NCBI GenBank assembly: GCA_016212795.1
Contig: JACRDT010000046.1
Location: 7,486 to 71,485, forward strand
Direction of reading: 5' to 3'
From: Elusimicrobiota bacterium
GTDB lineage: Bacteria; Elusimicrobiota; Elusimicrobia; UBA1565; UBA9628
DNA: 64,000 nt
This document shows, one piece after another, positions 24,901-32,269 of the stretch; the first letter of the stretch is position 1, and the number at the start of each line of letters is the position of its first letter. The translations under genes and the position numbers were made by a program. The notes beneath the pieces are model-generated. The model ran no database searches, was not told the DNA's origin, and worked only from the letters and a program-made list of their open reading frames with translations.

Positions 24901-25522
24901 TCGAGGCCGAGACGACGACCGGGACCCCGCGGCCCAGGCGCTTGAAGGCGGCGTCGACCCCGGCCAGGGTGGCCTTGATGTTCAGGGGGTCCTGCTGGGT
25001 CTCGACGAGCAGGAGGTCGCACCCGGCGTCCACCAGGTCCAGCGCCCAGGCCTCGCCCGCGCTTTTGACCTCGTCGTAGGAGATGCCGCCCGTGACCATG
25101 ATGGTCTTGGTCCCCGGGCCCATGGCGCCGGCCACGAACCGGGGCTTCCTGGGCGTCGAGTGCTTCTTGGCGGCGCGCAGGGCCAGCTCCACCGCGGCGC
25201 GGTTGATTGCCGAGGCCTTGGCCGCCAGGCCGTATTCCTCGAGGACGTAGGGGACCGCGCCGAAGGTGCAGGTCTCCACGATGTCCGCGCCCGCCGCGAA
25301 ATAGGCGTCGTGGACCGAGGTGATCAGGTCCCGCCGGGTCAGGACCAGGTGCTCGTTGCAGCCCTCGTACTCGGGGCCGCCGAAATCCTGGGGCTTGAGC
25401 CCCCTGGCCTGGAGCTCGGTCCCCATGGCGCCGTCGAGCACGAGGATGCTGTGCTTGAGGAGCTCCTTGAGCTCTTCTTCCCGTCCGCGGTCCGCGGCAA
25501 CGCCCTTCTTCTTGGCAGCCAT
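21950..25522 (-). CDS. metH: Cobalamin-dependent methionine synthase
   Basis: 1190 aa co-linear with MetH: Hcy S-methyltransferase, pterin-binding, B12-cap/B12-binding (..GDVHEIGKN..) and AdoMet-activation domains. A ~60-aa Pro/Ala-rich insert precedes the activation domain. Confidence 0.95.
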   Translation of the reverse strand: MAAKKKGVAADRGREEELKELLKHSILVLDGAMGTELQARGLKPQDFGGPEYEGCNEHLVLTRRDLITSVHDAYFAAGADIVETCTFGAVPYVLEEYGLAAKASAINRAAVELALRAAKKHSTPRKPRFVAGAMGPGTKTIMVTGGISYDEVKSAGEAWALDLVDAGCDLLLVETQQDPLNIKATLAGVDAAFKRLGRGVPVVVSASIEPSGTMLAGQTVEALYASLAHRELFALGMNCATGADAMADHLRTLAALSRFPVICYPNAGMPDENGRYGDTPAAMAKMVERFCSQGWVNIVGGCCGTTPAHIRLVAAMTAGVPPRQASRRRPSMVAGLEALTVEEGNRPVLVGERANALGSKAFRELIAKGAYEEASEVGRRQVKAGAQVLDVCLSNPERDEKADMAAFLGQLVRKVRSPIMIDATDPAVVEAGLALCPGKSLVNSVNLEDGEEKLGRVAAIARVHGAALVVGLIDEDKAAGMALTRERKLAVAARAFELLTKKHGFAPEDLYFDALVFPAASGDKNYWGTARETIEGVRLIKKALPRSKTILGVSNVSFGLPPAGREVLNAVFLYHCVQAGLDLAIVNTEKLARYAAVPEADRKLAEGLLFWKGPGDPALPTGADPLAEFAARFKAAPAAGAPLESRADLPPEERVARCVLEGSKDGLVEALAALLTTLPALKIVNGPLMKGMAEVGRLFAANELIVAEVLQSAEVMKAAVEYLEPHMGAGGAVSRGKLVLATVKGDVHEIGKNLVHIILKNNGFQVIDLGIKVAPDAIIDAIKKNKPDAVGLSGLLVKSAEQMAVTAQDLAHAGITIPFIVGGAALSAKFTSSKIAPQYKGQVLYARDAMKGLELMNVLVDPGASGPGKAPSAPEARPAGPPVDASPGAAAPGPSADPAPAAPAASQAAPRQPAPAIPAPPDLALHAVSDVEIGQVFPYINPIMLYGKHLGLKNVEKSLQEGEPRAAELQRKVKQLQADIISKGLIRPRGVYRFFAAQSEGDAVVLYDSASGGKAVETFSFPRQAFGEKLCIADWVSPKSSGAMDCLALFAVSCGHGVAALAEQWRAAGDYLMSHALQAVAIESAEAFAELLHERLRAQWGFPDPAGMTLREKFQAKYRGKRVSFGYPACPELEDQRKLFRLIDPAKHAGIALTEGCMMEPEASVSALVFHHPQARYFSAGPQETSAVGG

Positions 25523-25526
25523 GAGG

Positions 25527-25979
25527 TCAGACTCCCCAATACCACTTGATTTTATTGTCGGCGATCGGCGCCTTGGCGTTGCGCGTGCGGAGCTGGTCGA
25601 TGGTCGCCTTGATCCACCCCTGCTGCTTGGCGCCCAGGGTGAACGTGATGCCGTACTGGTTGGAGCGCACGCTCCCTTCCCGGATCACGCGCGCGACCCG
25701 ACCCGACAGCGTGGCGGCCGCCGCGCCCTGCCCGATCCGGAAGAAATAGAGCGCGGCCCGCTGGAGGTTCGACCCGCACTCCACGAGCCCCCCGCCCATG
25801 CTGAGGTTCCTCAGGCGCCCTTCGGCGGCCCTGGTCTTGCCGTCCTGGGCCCACACGGTGACCGGCAGGTCGCACGGGAAGCGCTCGAACACGCGCTTGG
25901 CCTGCTTCTCCTCGCCGAAGGCCCGCCTCAGGCGGATGGGGTTGTGGAACGAGCTGGGGGAGCTGGAGCTTCCGAACAT
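25527..25979 (-). CDS. PilZ-domain (c-di-GMP-binding) protein
   Basis: 150 aa with RxxxR (RLRRAFGEEK..) and the downstream N-x-S-x-x-G motif (RNLSMGGGLVE). Its stop lies 4 nt before the metH ATG. Confidence 0.75.
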   Translation of the reverse strand: MFGSSSSPSSFHNPIRLRRAFGEEKQAKRVFERFPCDLPVTVWAQDGKTRAAEGRLRNLSMGGGLVECGSNLQRAALYFFRIGQGAAAATLSGRVARVIREGSVRSNQYGITFTLGAKQQGWIKATIDQLRTRNAKAPIADNKIKWYWGV

Positions 25980-25986
25980 GTCTGTG

Positions 25987-25995
25987 ATTTTATCA
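25987..25995 (-). promoter_or_regulatory. Extended -10 element (TGATAAAAT) 7 nt upstream of the PilZ ATG (leaderless-type)
   Basis: The minus strand reads TGATAAAAT-CACAGAC-ATG with no SD between. Confidence 0.35.
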
Positions 25996-26017
25996 TTTTC
26001 AGCCCCGACGCCCGGGT

Positions 26018-29000
26018 TCAGCGGCGGCGGGTCGGGGCGCGAGCTGGCGCGGGCCCGCCGCGGACCGCGGAGATGGGAAAATCCATGCCGCGGCTGTCCA
26101 CCACGGGGTATTGGGCCTGGGCCCTGTACTTCTGCGAGACCTCGGGCAAGCGCGATTCCACGAAGCTCAAGAGCTCCCGGACCGTGACGGCGCCGTCTTT
26201 GGGGCTCCCGTCCGCCCGGCCCGACAGGCCTTCCAGCAGGGTATGGGTGAAGACCCCGTGCCCCAGGGCCTTGACCTCGGCCGCGATCTGGTCCTGGGTG
26301 GAAGCCGCCACCACATGGACTCCCGCGGCCCGCGCCAGCGTGGCCAGGGCCTTGCGCTCCTCGAACCCCCGCCCGGCGAAGGCGAGCAGGGCGCCGCCGG
26401 ACTTGCAGGCGTCCATCAAGAGCAGCACCTTCCTGGCTCCCAGGGCCGCGACCGCGGCCTGAAGGTCGGCGGAGGACAGGGCGTTGGCCCTGAGCTCCTC
26501 CTCCCGTTCCGGGAACGTCAGCTCATGCGGCACGAAGTACCAGGCGTTCCCCACGCCCTCACCGTGCCCGGCCAGGTAGACCACCACCACGTCCTGGGGG
26601 GCGGCGTCCTTGAGCGACTCGAGCCCGGCGAGGATGCCCGCTTTGGTCGCCTCCCGGTCGAAGACGGCCGCGCGCCGCACGTCTTGGAAGAGCCCTGCCC
26701 CGGAGGAGCCGAAGAAATCGAGGAGCCCCTGCGCGTCGGCGCGGGCGTAATTGAGGTCGAGCGCTGGGTTCTTGTACTTGTTGATGCCCACCGCGAGCAC
26801 GTGCAGGACGGCCCGTTTGGCCGGGCCTGCCCGCGTCACCACGACCTCGTCCGGGTTGCCCTCGATGCGGTCCCGGCTCAAGGCCACGGCCCGCAGGGTG
26901 TTCTCGCCTTCGAGCATGGCGACATGGAAGACGCGCGTGGACGCCCGGGATCCCGGGCCCGTGACCTTGATGTCCCGGCCCTCGCCCTCGACCACCTTCC
27001 CGTTGTGATAGAGGCGAAGCTCGTCCACGCCGCCGCCGCGGTCCTCGACCTCCACGGCCACCTCCGCGGTCTCGCCAGGCGGCTCGGAGCCGTCCTTGGG
27101 CGAGACGATGCGCACCCGGGGAGGCGGGGCGAACCCGCGGCTGAGCCCGGGAAGGCTCTCGGCGGAGAGCGGGGCTCCGGCCAGGACGCGGGCCAGGAGG
27201 CCGGGGACATAGTAGCCTTCGGAGAACGCCTCGAGCGGGTAGGACTCTAGCCCCACGGTCCATCGGATGGACTTCACGCCTTCCCGCGAGCCGTCGAAGA
27301 AGCCGTCCGGCGTGACCGCGACCCAGCCATGGTTCGTGCGCACGACGCGGCAGAGTTCCTTGCCGGAGACGGCCTCCCAGATCCTGACCGTGCCGTCCGC
27401 CCCTCCGCTGAAGAGCTTCTTCCCGTCCGGGCCGAAGGCGAGCGCCCTCATCGTGTCGGCATGCCCCTGCAGGTCCGCCGTCAGGCTGCCCGTCCCGGGG
27501 TCCCACAGCTTGACGGCCCCCTCCCTGTCGGCCGTGGCGAGGCGCGCGCCGTCCCGGCTGAACGTCAAGAGGCTGATCGCCGCAGGGTGGGCCTTGAAGG
27601 ACCTGGCCATGACCCCCGAAGAGACGTCCCAGAGCTTGACGGTCCCCTCGGTGTTCCCGGTGGCCAGCGTCCGGCCGTCCGGGCTGAAGCCCATGCCCGA
27701 CACCCATTGGCCGTCCTCCAGGGTCCGGAGCCGCTCCCCGCTCAAGGCGTCCCAGAGCTTGACGCCGGCCTCCTTCGACCTCGCGGTGGCCAGGAACCTG
27801 CCGTCCGGACCGAGCGCGACACGACCGTAGTAGGAGTCCGCGGTGTCCGCGAAGGTCCTGACCGGGGCGCTCGCCGCGACATCCCAAAGGACGACCGCGT
27901 CTTCCTTGTTCTTGGTCAAGGCGAGGACCTTCCCATCGGAGGAGAGCGCGAAGGGCGAGTGGCCGGGGATGCTCCGCCGTTCTTCCTTCGGCGGCAGGCC
28001 GTAGACCTTGATGCTGTCCGGCGTCGCCACGAACATGCCTGCGCCGCCAGCGATGACCTCGGCGGGCTCCGCGGACCGGCCATCGCCGGGGAAGGACGGC
28101 AGCCTCCGCCCCGCGGCGAGGTCCCACACGGTCAGCCCGTCCATGCTGACGACCGCCAGGAACCCGCCATCCGGACTGACCGAGAGGTGGCGGACCGCCG
28201 TCCAGTCGTGGGAGAAGGAGCGGACCTCCTTGCCGGTCGAGAGGCGCCAGAGCTTGAGCGCGAAGCAGCTGCTCGTGACCAGTCGGCTGCCGTCGGGGCT
28301 GAACGCGGCCGCCATGACCGGGCCCATCTCGGTGCGGATGGTCTTGAGCGCCGCTCCGGTGGCGAGGTCCCAGAGCTTGGCGGAGTTGTCGTTGCTCCCG
28401 GTGACCAGGGTCCTCCCATCCGGGGCGAAGGCCAAAGAATCGATCCCCTCGCCATGCCCCGCGAAGGTCTTGAGCAGGGCTCCGGAGGCGAGGTCCCAGA
28501 GCTTGGCCGTCTTGTCATAGCTCCCCGTGGCCAAAAGCCTGCCGTCCGGGCTGATGACGGCCGTCACGACGCTTTTGGCGTGACCCTGGAAAGTCCTGAC
28601 CTGCGCGCCGGTGGAGGTGTCCCAGAGCGTGGCCGCGGAGCCGGGCCCCGCCACGGCCAGGAGCTTGCCGTCAGGGCTGAAGCTGCCCGGACCGAACGCC
28701 CAGCCCCTGGAGCGGATGGCCGAGAGCTCGGCGCCCGTCTCCAGGTCCAGGACCCGGATGGTGTCTTCCACGTCCGCCGTGGCCAGGAGCCTGCCATCCG
28801 GGCTGACGCCGGCGCTCATCAACGTCCGCCGGGGCCCCTGGAAGGCCTTGAGCTCCTCGCCCGTGGCGACGTCCCAGAGCTTGGCCGCGCCGTCGGAGCC
28901 CGCCGTGACCAGGCGCTTGCCGTCCGGCATCAAGCCGGCGAGCCGGAGGTCCACCCCGGACTGCTTGAACGTCCTCAGCTCGGCGCCCGTGGCCAGGTCC

Positions 29001-29224
29001 CAGACCTTGGCCGTCATGTCCTTGCTCCCCGTGGCCAAGAGCCTGCCGTCCGGGCTGACGGAGAGCGTGACGACGCATTGCTGGTGCCCGGTCTGGACGG
29101 TCAACTCCGGCCTGGGGCCGGCCGAGGCGGGGTCCGACGCCTGTCCGGCCGCCTGGGCCCGCCAGGACAGGCAGAAGACCGCAAGCGCGGCCCTCAGCCC
29201 CCCCCTCGGCCCTGGCATACGCAT
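26018..29224 (-). CDS. Exported WD40-repeat (about 14 blades) protein with a C-terminal caspase-like (peptidase C14) domain
   Basis: Repeated ..SPDG..LATGS.D.TAKLWD.. units over ~600 aa. The C-terminal caspase His/Cys dyad contexts are VVYLAGHGE and LLLMDACKSGG. Start placed at the ATG at 29224 (MRMPGPRGGLRAALAVFCLSWRAQAAG, signal-like). Confidence 0.85.
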   Translation of the reverse strand: MRMPGPRGGLRAALAVFCLSWRAQAAGQASDPASAGPRPELTVQTGHQQCVVTLSVSPDGRLLATGSKDMTAKVWDLATGAELRTFKQSGVDLRLAGLMPDGKRLVTAGSDGAAKLWDVATGEELKAFQGPRRTLMSAGVSPDGRLLATADVEDTIRVLDLETGAELSAIRSRGWAFGPGSFSPDGKLLAVAGPGSAATLWDTSTGAQVRTFQGHAKSVVTAVISPDGRLLATGSYDKTAKLWDLASGALLKTFAGHGEGIDSLAFAPDGRTLVTGSNDNSAKLWDLATGAALKTIRTEMGPVMAAAFSPDGSRLVTSSCFALKLWRLSTGKEVRSFSHDWTAVRHLSVSPDGGFLAVVSMDGLTVWDLAAGRRLPSFPGDGRSAEPAEVIAGGAGMFVATPDSIKVYGLPPKEERRSIPGHSPFALSSDGKVLALTKNKEDAVVLWDVAASAPVRTFADTADSYYGRVALGPDGRFLATARSKEAGVKLWDALSGERLRTLEDGQWVSGMGFSPDGRTLATGNTEGTVKLWDVSSGVMARSFKAHPAAISLLTFSRDGARLATADREGAVKLWDPGTGSLTADLQGHADTMRALAFGPDGKKLFSGGADGTVRIWEAVSGKELCRVVRTNHGWVAVTPDGFFDGSREGVKSIRWTVGLESYPLEAFSEGYYVPGLLARVLAGAPLSAESLPGLSRGFAPPPRVRIVSPKDGSEPPGETAEVAVEVEDRGGGVDELRLYHNGKVVEGEGRDIKVTGPGSRASTRVFHVAMLEGENTLRAVALSRDRIEGNPDEVVVTRAGPAKRAVLHVLAVGINKYKNPALDLNYARADAQGLLDFFGSSGAGLFQDVRRAAVFDREATKAGILAGLESLKDAAPQDVVVVYLAGHGEGVGNAWYFVPHELTFPEREEELRANALSSADLQAAVAALGARKVLLLMDACKSGGALLAFAGRGFEERKALATLARAAGVHVVAASTQDQIAAEVKALGHGVFTHTLLEGLSGRADGSPKDGAVTVRELLSFVESRLPEVSQKYRAQAQYPVVDSRGMDFPISAVRGGPAPARAPTRRR

Positions 29225-29259
29225 ATGGTAGCATGGATGTATTCTTGGGAGGTGACCGC

Positions 29260-31134
29260 GTGAAGGAACTGAACTGGCGCTTGGTGCTTCTGGGAGGCTT
29301 GTTGTGCGCCGTGGCCGCCGCCGCGACACCTTATGTGACGTTGAAGCTGGGGCAGAGCGTCGACCTGACGATGGGCGGGATGTTCCTGGCCGCCTATGTC
29401 CTGGGCGGGCGGGTGGGCGGCCAGGCGCTCGCCATCCAGCTCAACATCATCCAGACCATGATCGGCGTCGTGTCCGGCATCGCCTTCATGGTCGTCATCC
29501 TCGCGGCGTTCTTCTACATCCAGAACGTCTTCGGGCGGGACATCGGCTTCAACCCGACGACCTGGCAGATGTTCCTCTGGCTGCTCATCTCCGCGAACCT
29601 CGGCGTGTTCATGGGCATCATCCCGAGGCGCTCGATCCTGAAGGACCGCTCGCTCCCCTGGCCGGCCAGCAAGGCGACCCTGAGCGTCGCCCAGACGCTG
29701 ACCGATCCCAAGGCGACGGCCGCCACCAAGGCCAGACGCGACGTCCTGATGGTCAGCACCGCAACGGCGGGGTTCCTGACGTTCCTGCGCGACGGGCTCG
29801 GCGTCATCACGCCCATCGTCGGCAACGCCGCCCTGAACATCTCGCTGGGGCCCGAGTTCGCGGCGTTCGGCATCGGCATGCTGGTGCCTTTGTCCGTGGG
29901 GCTCTCGGGCCTGCTGGGGACGTGGATCGTCAGCGCTTTCGGCGAGACGGCGGCGAAGTACGCGGCGCTCTCGGGCGTCGCGCCGCAGGGCTTCGACGCC
30001 TGCCTCGACGTTCTGGGCAAGGTGTCCGGTCTCGACGGCGCGGAGAAGGCGAAAGCCCTCGACTTCCTGGCCGCGGGCTGCGGCAAGGCCGCGGAATTCG
30101 CCGGCGCCTCCTCCCACTTCAAATACGTGGTGCAGTGGATGATGTGGCCGGCCACGGCCATGATGGTCGCCGCCGCGCTCACGAGCGTGATCATCCCGCT
30201 CGTCCAGAACTTCTTGAGCCGCGGGAAGGGGCCGGCAGAGGAAGAGGTCCGTTCCCTGGCCGACGAGGAGATCCCCCTCTGGTGGACCGCGACCGGCATC
30301 TCCGTCTGCGTGGCGCTCCTCGTCTGGCTGACGAGCTCGTGGTTCTCGATGTCCTGGACGGAGGTGCTGCTGGCGGTCGCCATCCAGCCCGTCCTGATCG
30401 TGGCCGGCCTGAGGGTGCTGGGGATCACCGGGTCAGGGCCCGTCTCCCTGATGGCCAACGCCACGCAGTTCCTGTTCGGGCTGATCTGGCCCGCGCAGAT
30501 CCGGTCCAACCTTGCAGCGGCGTACATCAGCGCCAACCCGCAGGCCTCGTCGGAGAACGTGGTGCCGTCGTTCTGGGTGGCCCAGCGCCTGGGGGGGCGG
30601 TTCAAGACCCTCATCCTGGCCCAGTTGATCGTGATCCCGATCGGCGCGCTGTTGACTCCCCTCATGTTCAACATGCTCGAGCACACCTACGGCATCGGGC
30701 TCAATCCGGGCCAGCTTTCCGCCCCCACGGGACTCAAGATCGCCACGCTGGCCATCGTGATGGAGAAAGGGCTGTCCTTCCTGCCGCGAGGCGCCCTCCA
30801 CGCCTCCATCGTCGCGATCGCGATCGGGGTCCTCTTCGAGCTCCTCCTCGCCGTCCGAAGACGCGATGCCCGCGGCAACGACGCGAGCCGCTTCTGGTGG
30901 GTCCCGATCCCCGCGGCGCTCGGCTTCGCGCTGATCCTGCCGGCCTCTTTGAACATCGGCATCGCCGTGGGGAGCGTGCTCTCGGCCATCTGGCATCGCT
31001 TTTCCCCGGCTGAAGGGGGGTCCTTCGAGTCGTATGCGACGCCCCTGGCCTCGGGGTTGGTGGCGGGGGAGGCGATGGTGGGCTCGATCCTGCTCCCGGC
31101 GCTGGCGATGGTGCTGGAAATGCTCCCTCGATAG
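29260..31134 (+). CDS. OPT-family oligopeptide transporter
   Basis: Polytopic ~624 aa with an OPT-like N-terminus ELNWRLVLLGGLLCAVAAAATPYVTLKLGQ. I prefer the GTG at 29260 because GGGAGG lies 7 nt upstream; the track ATG at 29233 has no SD. Confidence 0.8.
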   Translation: MKELNWRLVLLGGLLCAVAAAATPYVTLKLGQSVDLTMGGMFLAAYVLGGRVGGQALAIQLNIIQTMIGVVSGIAFMVVILAAFFYIQNVFGRDIGFNPTTWQMFLWLLISANLGVFMGIIPRRSILKDRSLPWPASKATLSVAQTLTDPKATAATKARRDVLMVSTATAGFLTFLRDGLGVITPIVGNAALNISLGPEFAAFGIGMLVPLSVGLSGLLGTWIVSAFGETAAKYAALSGVAPQGFDACLDVLGKVSGLDGAEKAKALDFLAAGCGKAAEFAGASSHFKYVVQWMMWPATAMMVAAALTSVIIPLVQNFLSRGKGPAEEEVRSLADEEIPLWWTATGISVCVALLVWLTSSWFSMSWTEVLLAVAIQPVLIVAGLRVLGITGSGPVSLMANATQFLFGLIWPAQIRSNLAAAYISANPQASSENVVPSFWVAQRLGGRFKTLILAQLIVIPIGALLTPLMFNMLEHTYGIGLNPGQLSAPTGLKIATLAIVMEKGLSFLPRGALHASIVAIAIGVLFELLLAVRRRDARGNDASRFWWVPIPAALGFALILPASLNIGIAVGSVLSAIWHRFSPAEGGSFESYATPLASGLVAGEAMVGSILLPALAMVLEMLPR

Positions 31135-31147
31135 ACGCCTCAAAAAG

Positions 31148-31179
31148 CGACGGCCACCGCGTGCTTGCGGTGGCCGTCG
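31148..31179. terminator. Bidirectional terminator-like hairpin between convergent genes
   Basis: Perfect 13-bp stem CGACGGCCACCGC / GCGGTGGCCGTCG with a 6-nt loop, lying between the OPT stop (31134) and the lipoprotein stop (31199). Confidence 0.6.
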
Positions 31180-31198
31180 GACCTCCGGGCGTTGCGCC

Positions 31199-31846
31199 TT
31201 AGTCGAACTTGATGCCGTCGGCGCCCAGGTCGTTGAGCTTCTTGATGGACCTCTCCATCCCCTCCAGGCGGCGATGATGCGGAGGGAAATGCGGGTTGGG
31301 CCCGAAGTCGCGGCAGTAGAGGTCGCGCGAGCCGATGAGGCAGGTCTCGTCGCGCAGCCGCGACAGGAACGAGCCGATCGCTTGCGCGTTCGAGGCGTCG
31401 GCGAAGTCCGCGCGCCAATCCTCGTTGCAGGCCTGATAGACGTCCTCGACCACCATGCGCCCGTTGAAGCCGCAGGGCGCCCCGTCGCGGATCCTCCGCC
31501 AGGGCCGGCCCACGTATTCGACCTTGCGGTCGCTGGTCAGGTCGAAGGGCTGGCCGATGTCCTTGCCGCGGAGCGTGAAGTTCCAGCCGTTGCTGGCGGG
31601 AGCCTGCCCAGAGAACACGGCCTGCTTGTCCTTGCCCTGGCTGACGGTCACGGTGAACTTGCGGGAGCGGTCGGCCGAGAACTCGACCTTGGTCGGTCCG
31701 GCCGGGAACTCCACGGTCTTGCCGCTCTGGTCCACGATCCTGAGCGGGGCCGATCCCGCCAGGGTCAACTGCCCGTCGCGCGTTTCCTCGCCGCAGGCGG
31801 CCAAGAGCACCACCGCCAGGCCCAAGACGTACGAAATCCTCTTCAT
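31199..31846 (-). CDS. Lipoprotein, unknown family
   Basis: 215 aa with a signal peptide and lipobox MKRISYVLGLAVVLLAAC, and a GGGAGG SD. Confidence 0.6.
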   Translation of the reverse strand: MKRISYVLGLAVVLLAACGEETRDGQLTLAGSAPLRIVDQSGKTVEFPAGPTKVEFSADRSRKFTVTVSQGKDKQAVFSGQAPASNGWNFTLRGKDIGQPFDLTSDRKVEYVGRPWRRIRDGAPCGFNGRMVVEDVYQACNEDWRADFADASNAQAIGSFLSRLRDETCLIGSRDLYCRDFGPNPHFPPHHRRLEGMERSIKKLNDLGADGIKFD

Positions 31847-32204
31847 TCCCCCACCTCCCTGCAGATCCTGAGAGAGATTCTATCACGCGCCAAGAGGCTC
31901 CCGTCTAGGCACCATGGCCCCGGCGTTCCAGACTTTGGTCCTACCCCGGAGTGGGCCCAAAGGCCTAAAGGCGCCAGCCCGGCCCCGACGGGCTCAGGCC
32001 TGATGGACGGGAGGCCACGAATCTGCGCCTGTCGCGAGGCGCGGCGCACCGGTCCAGCGGGCCCAGCCCCCGTAGGACCTTCGGGTCCACCTGCCACACG
32101 CTGCCGAGATTGTAGGTCTTGCGGTCAGCGCCGTTCAAGCCATGTAGACGAAGGGAAGGCAGGGATGGTTCCCAGCACCCTGGCGCGAGGCCGCTCAAAC
32201 GCGA

Positions 32205-32232
32205 CAGGCGCCCCCCTCGCGGGGGACGCCTG
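32205..32232 (-). terminator. Terminator-like hairpin downstream of the VIT-vWA gene
   Basis: 12-bp stem with one mismatch (CAGGCGCCCCCC / GGGGGACGCCTG) and a 4-nt loop, followed on the minus strand by a weak U-tract (TCGCGTTTGA). Confidence 0.35.
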
Positions 32233-32269
32233 CGCCGTCTAGAAGCGGCCCGGCCCCGGCCGCTCCGCC

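Noticed and set aside
21068-25549. 1493-aa ORF on the + strand, the longest ORF in the track
   Set aside because: It lies exactly antisense to the clearly recognisable metH. Its translation is Arg/Gly/Pro/Ala/Asp-rich low complexity with no motifs. This is the typical stop-codon-poor antisense frame of a high-GC gene.
29225-29329. Upstream GTG start (29329) giving a 1103-aa WD40-caspase protein
   Set aside because: The extra 35 residues are Arg/Pro/Ser-rich and would bury the signal-like segment. They also overlap the OPT transporter coding region, so the ATG at 29224 was preferred. That start is itself uncertain because it has no SD.
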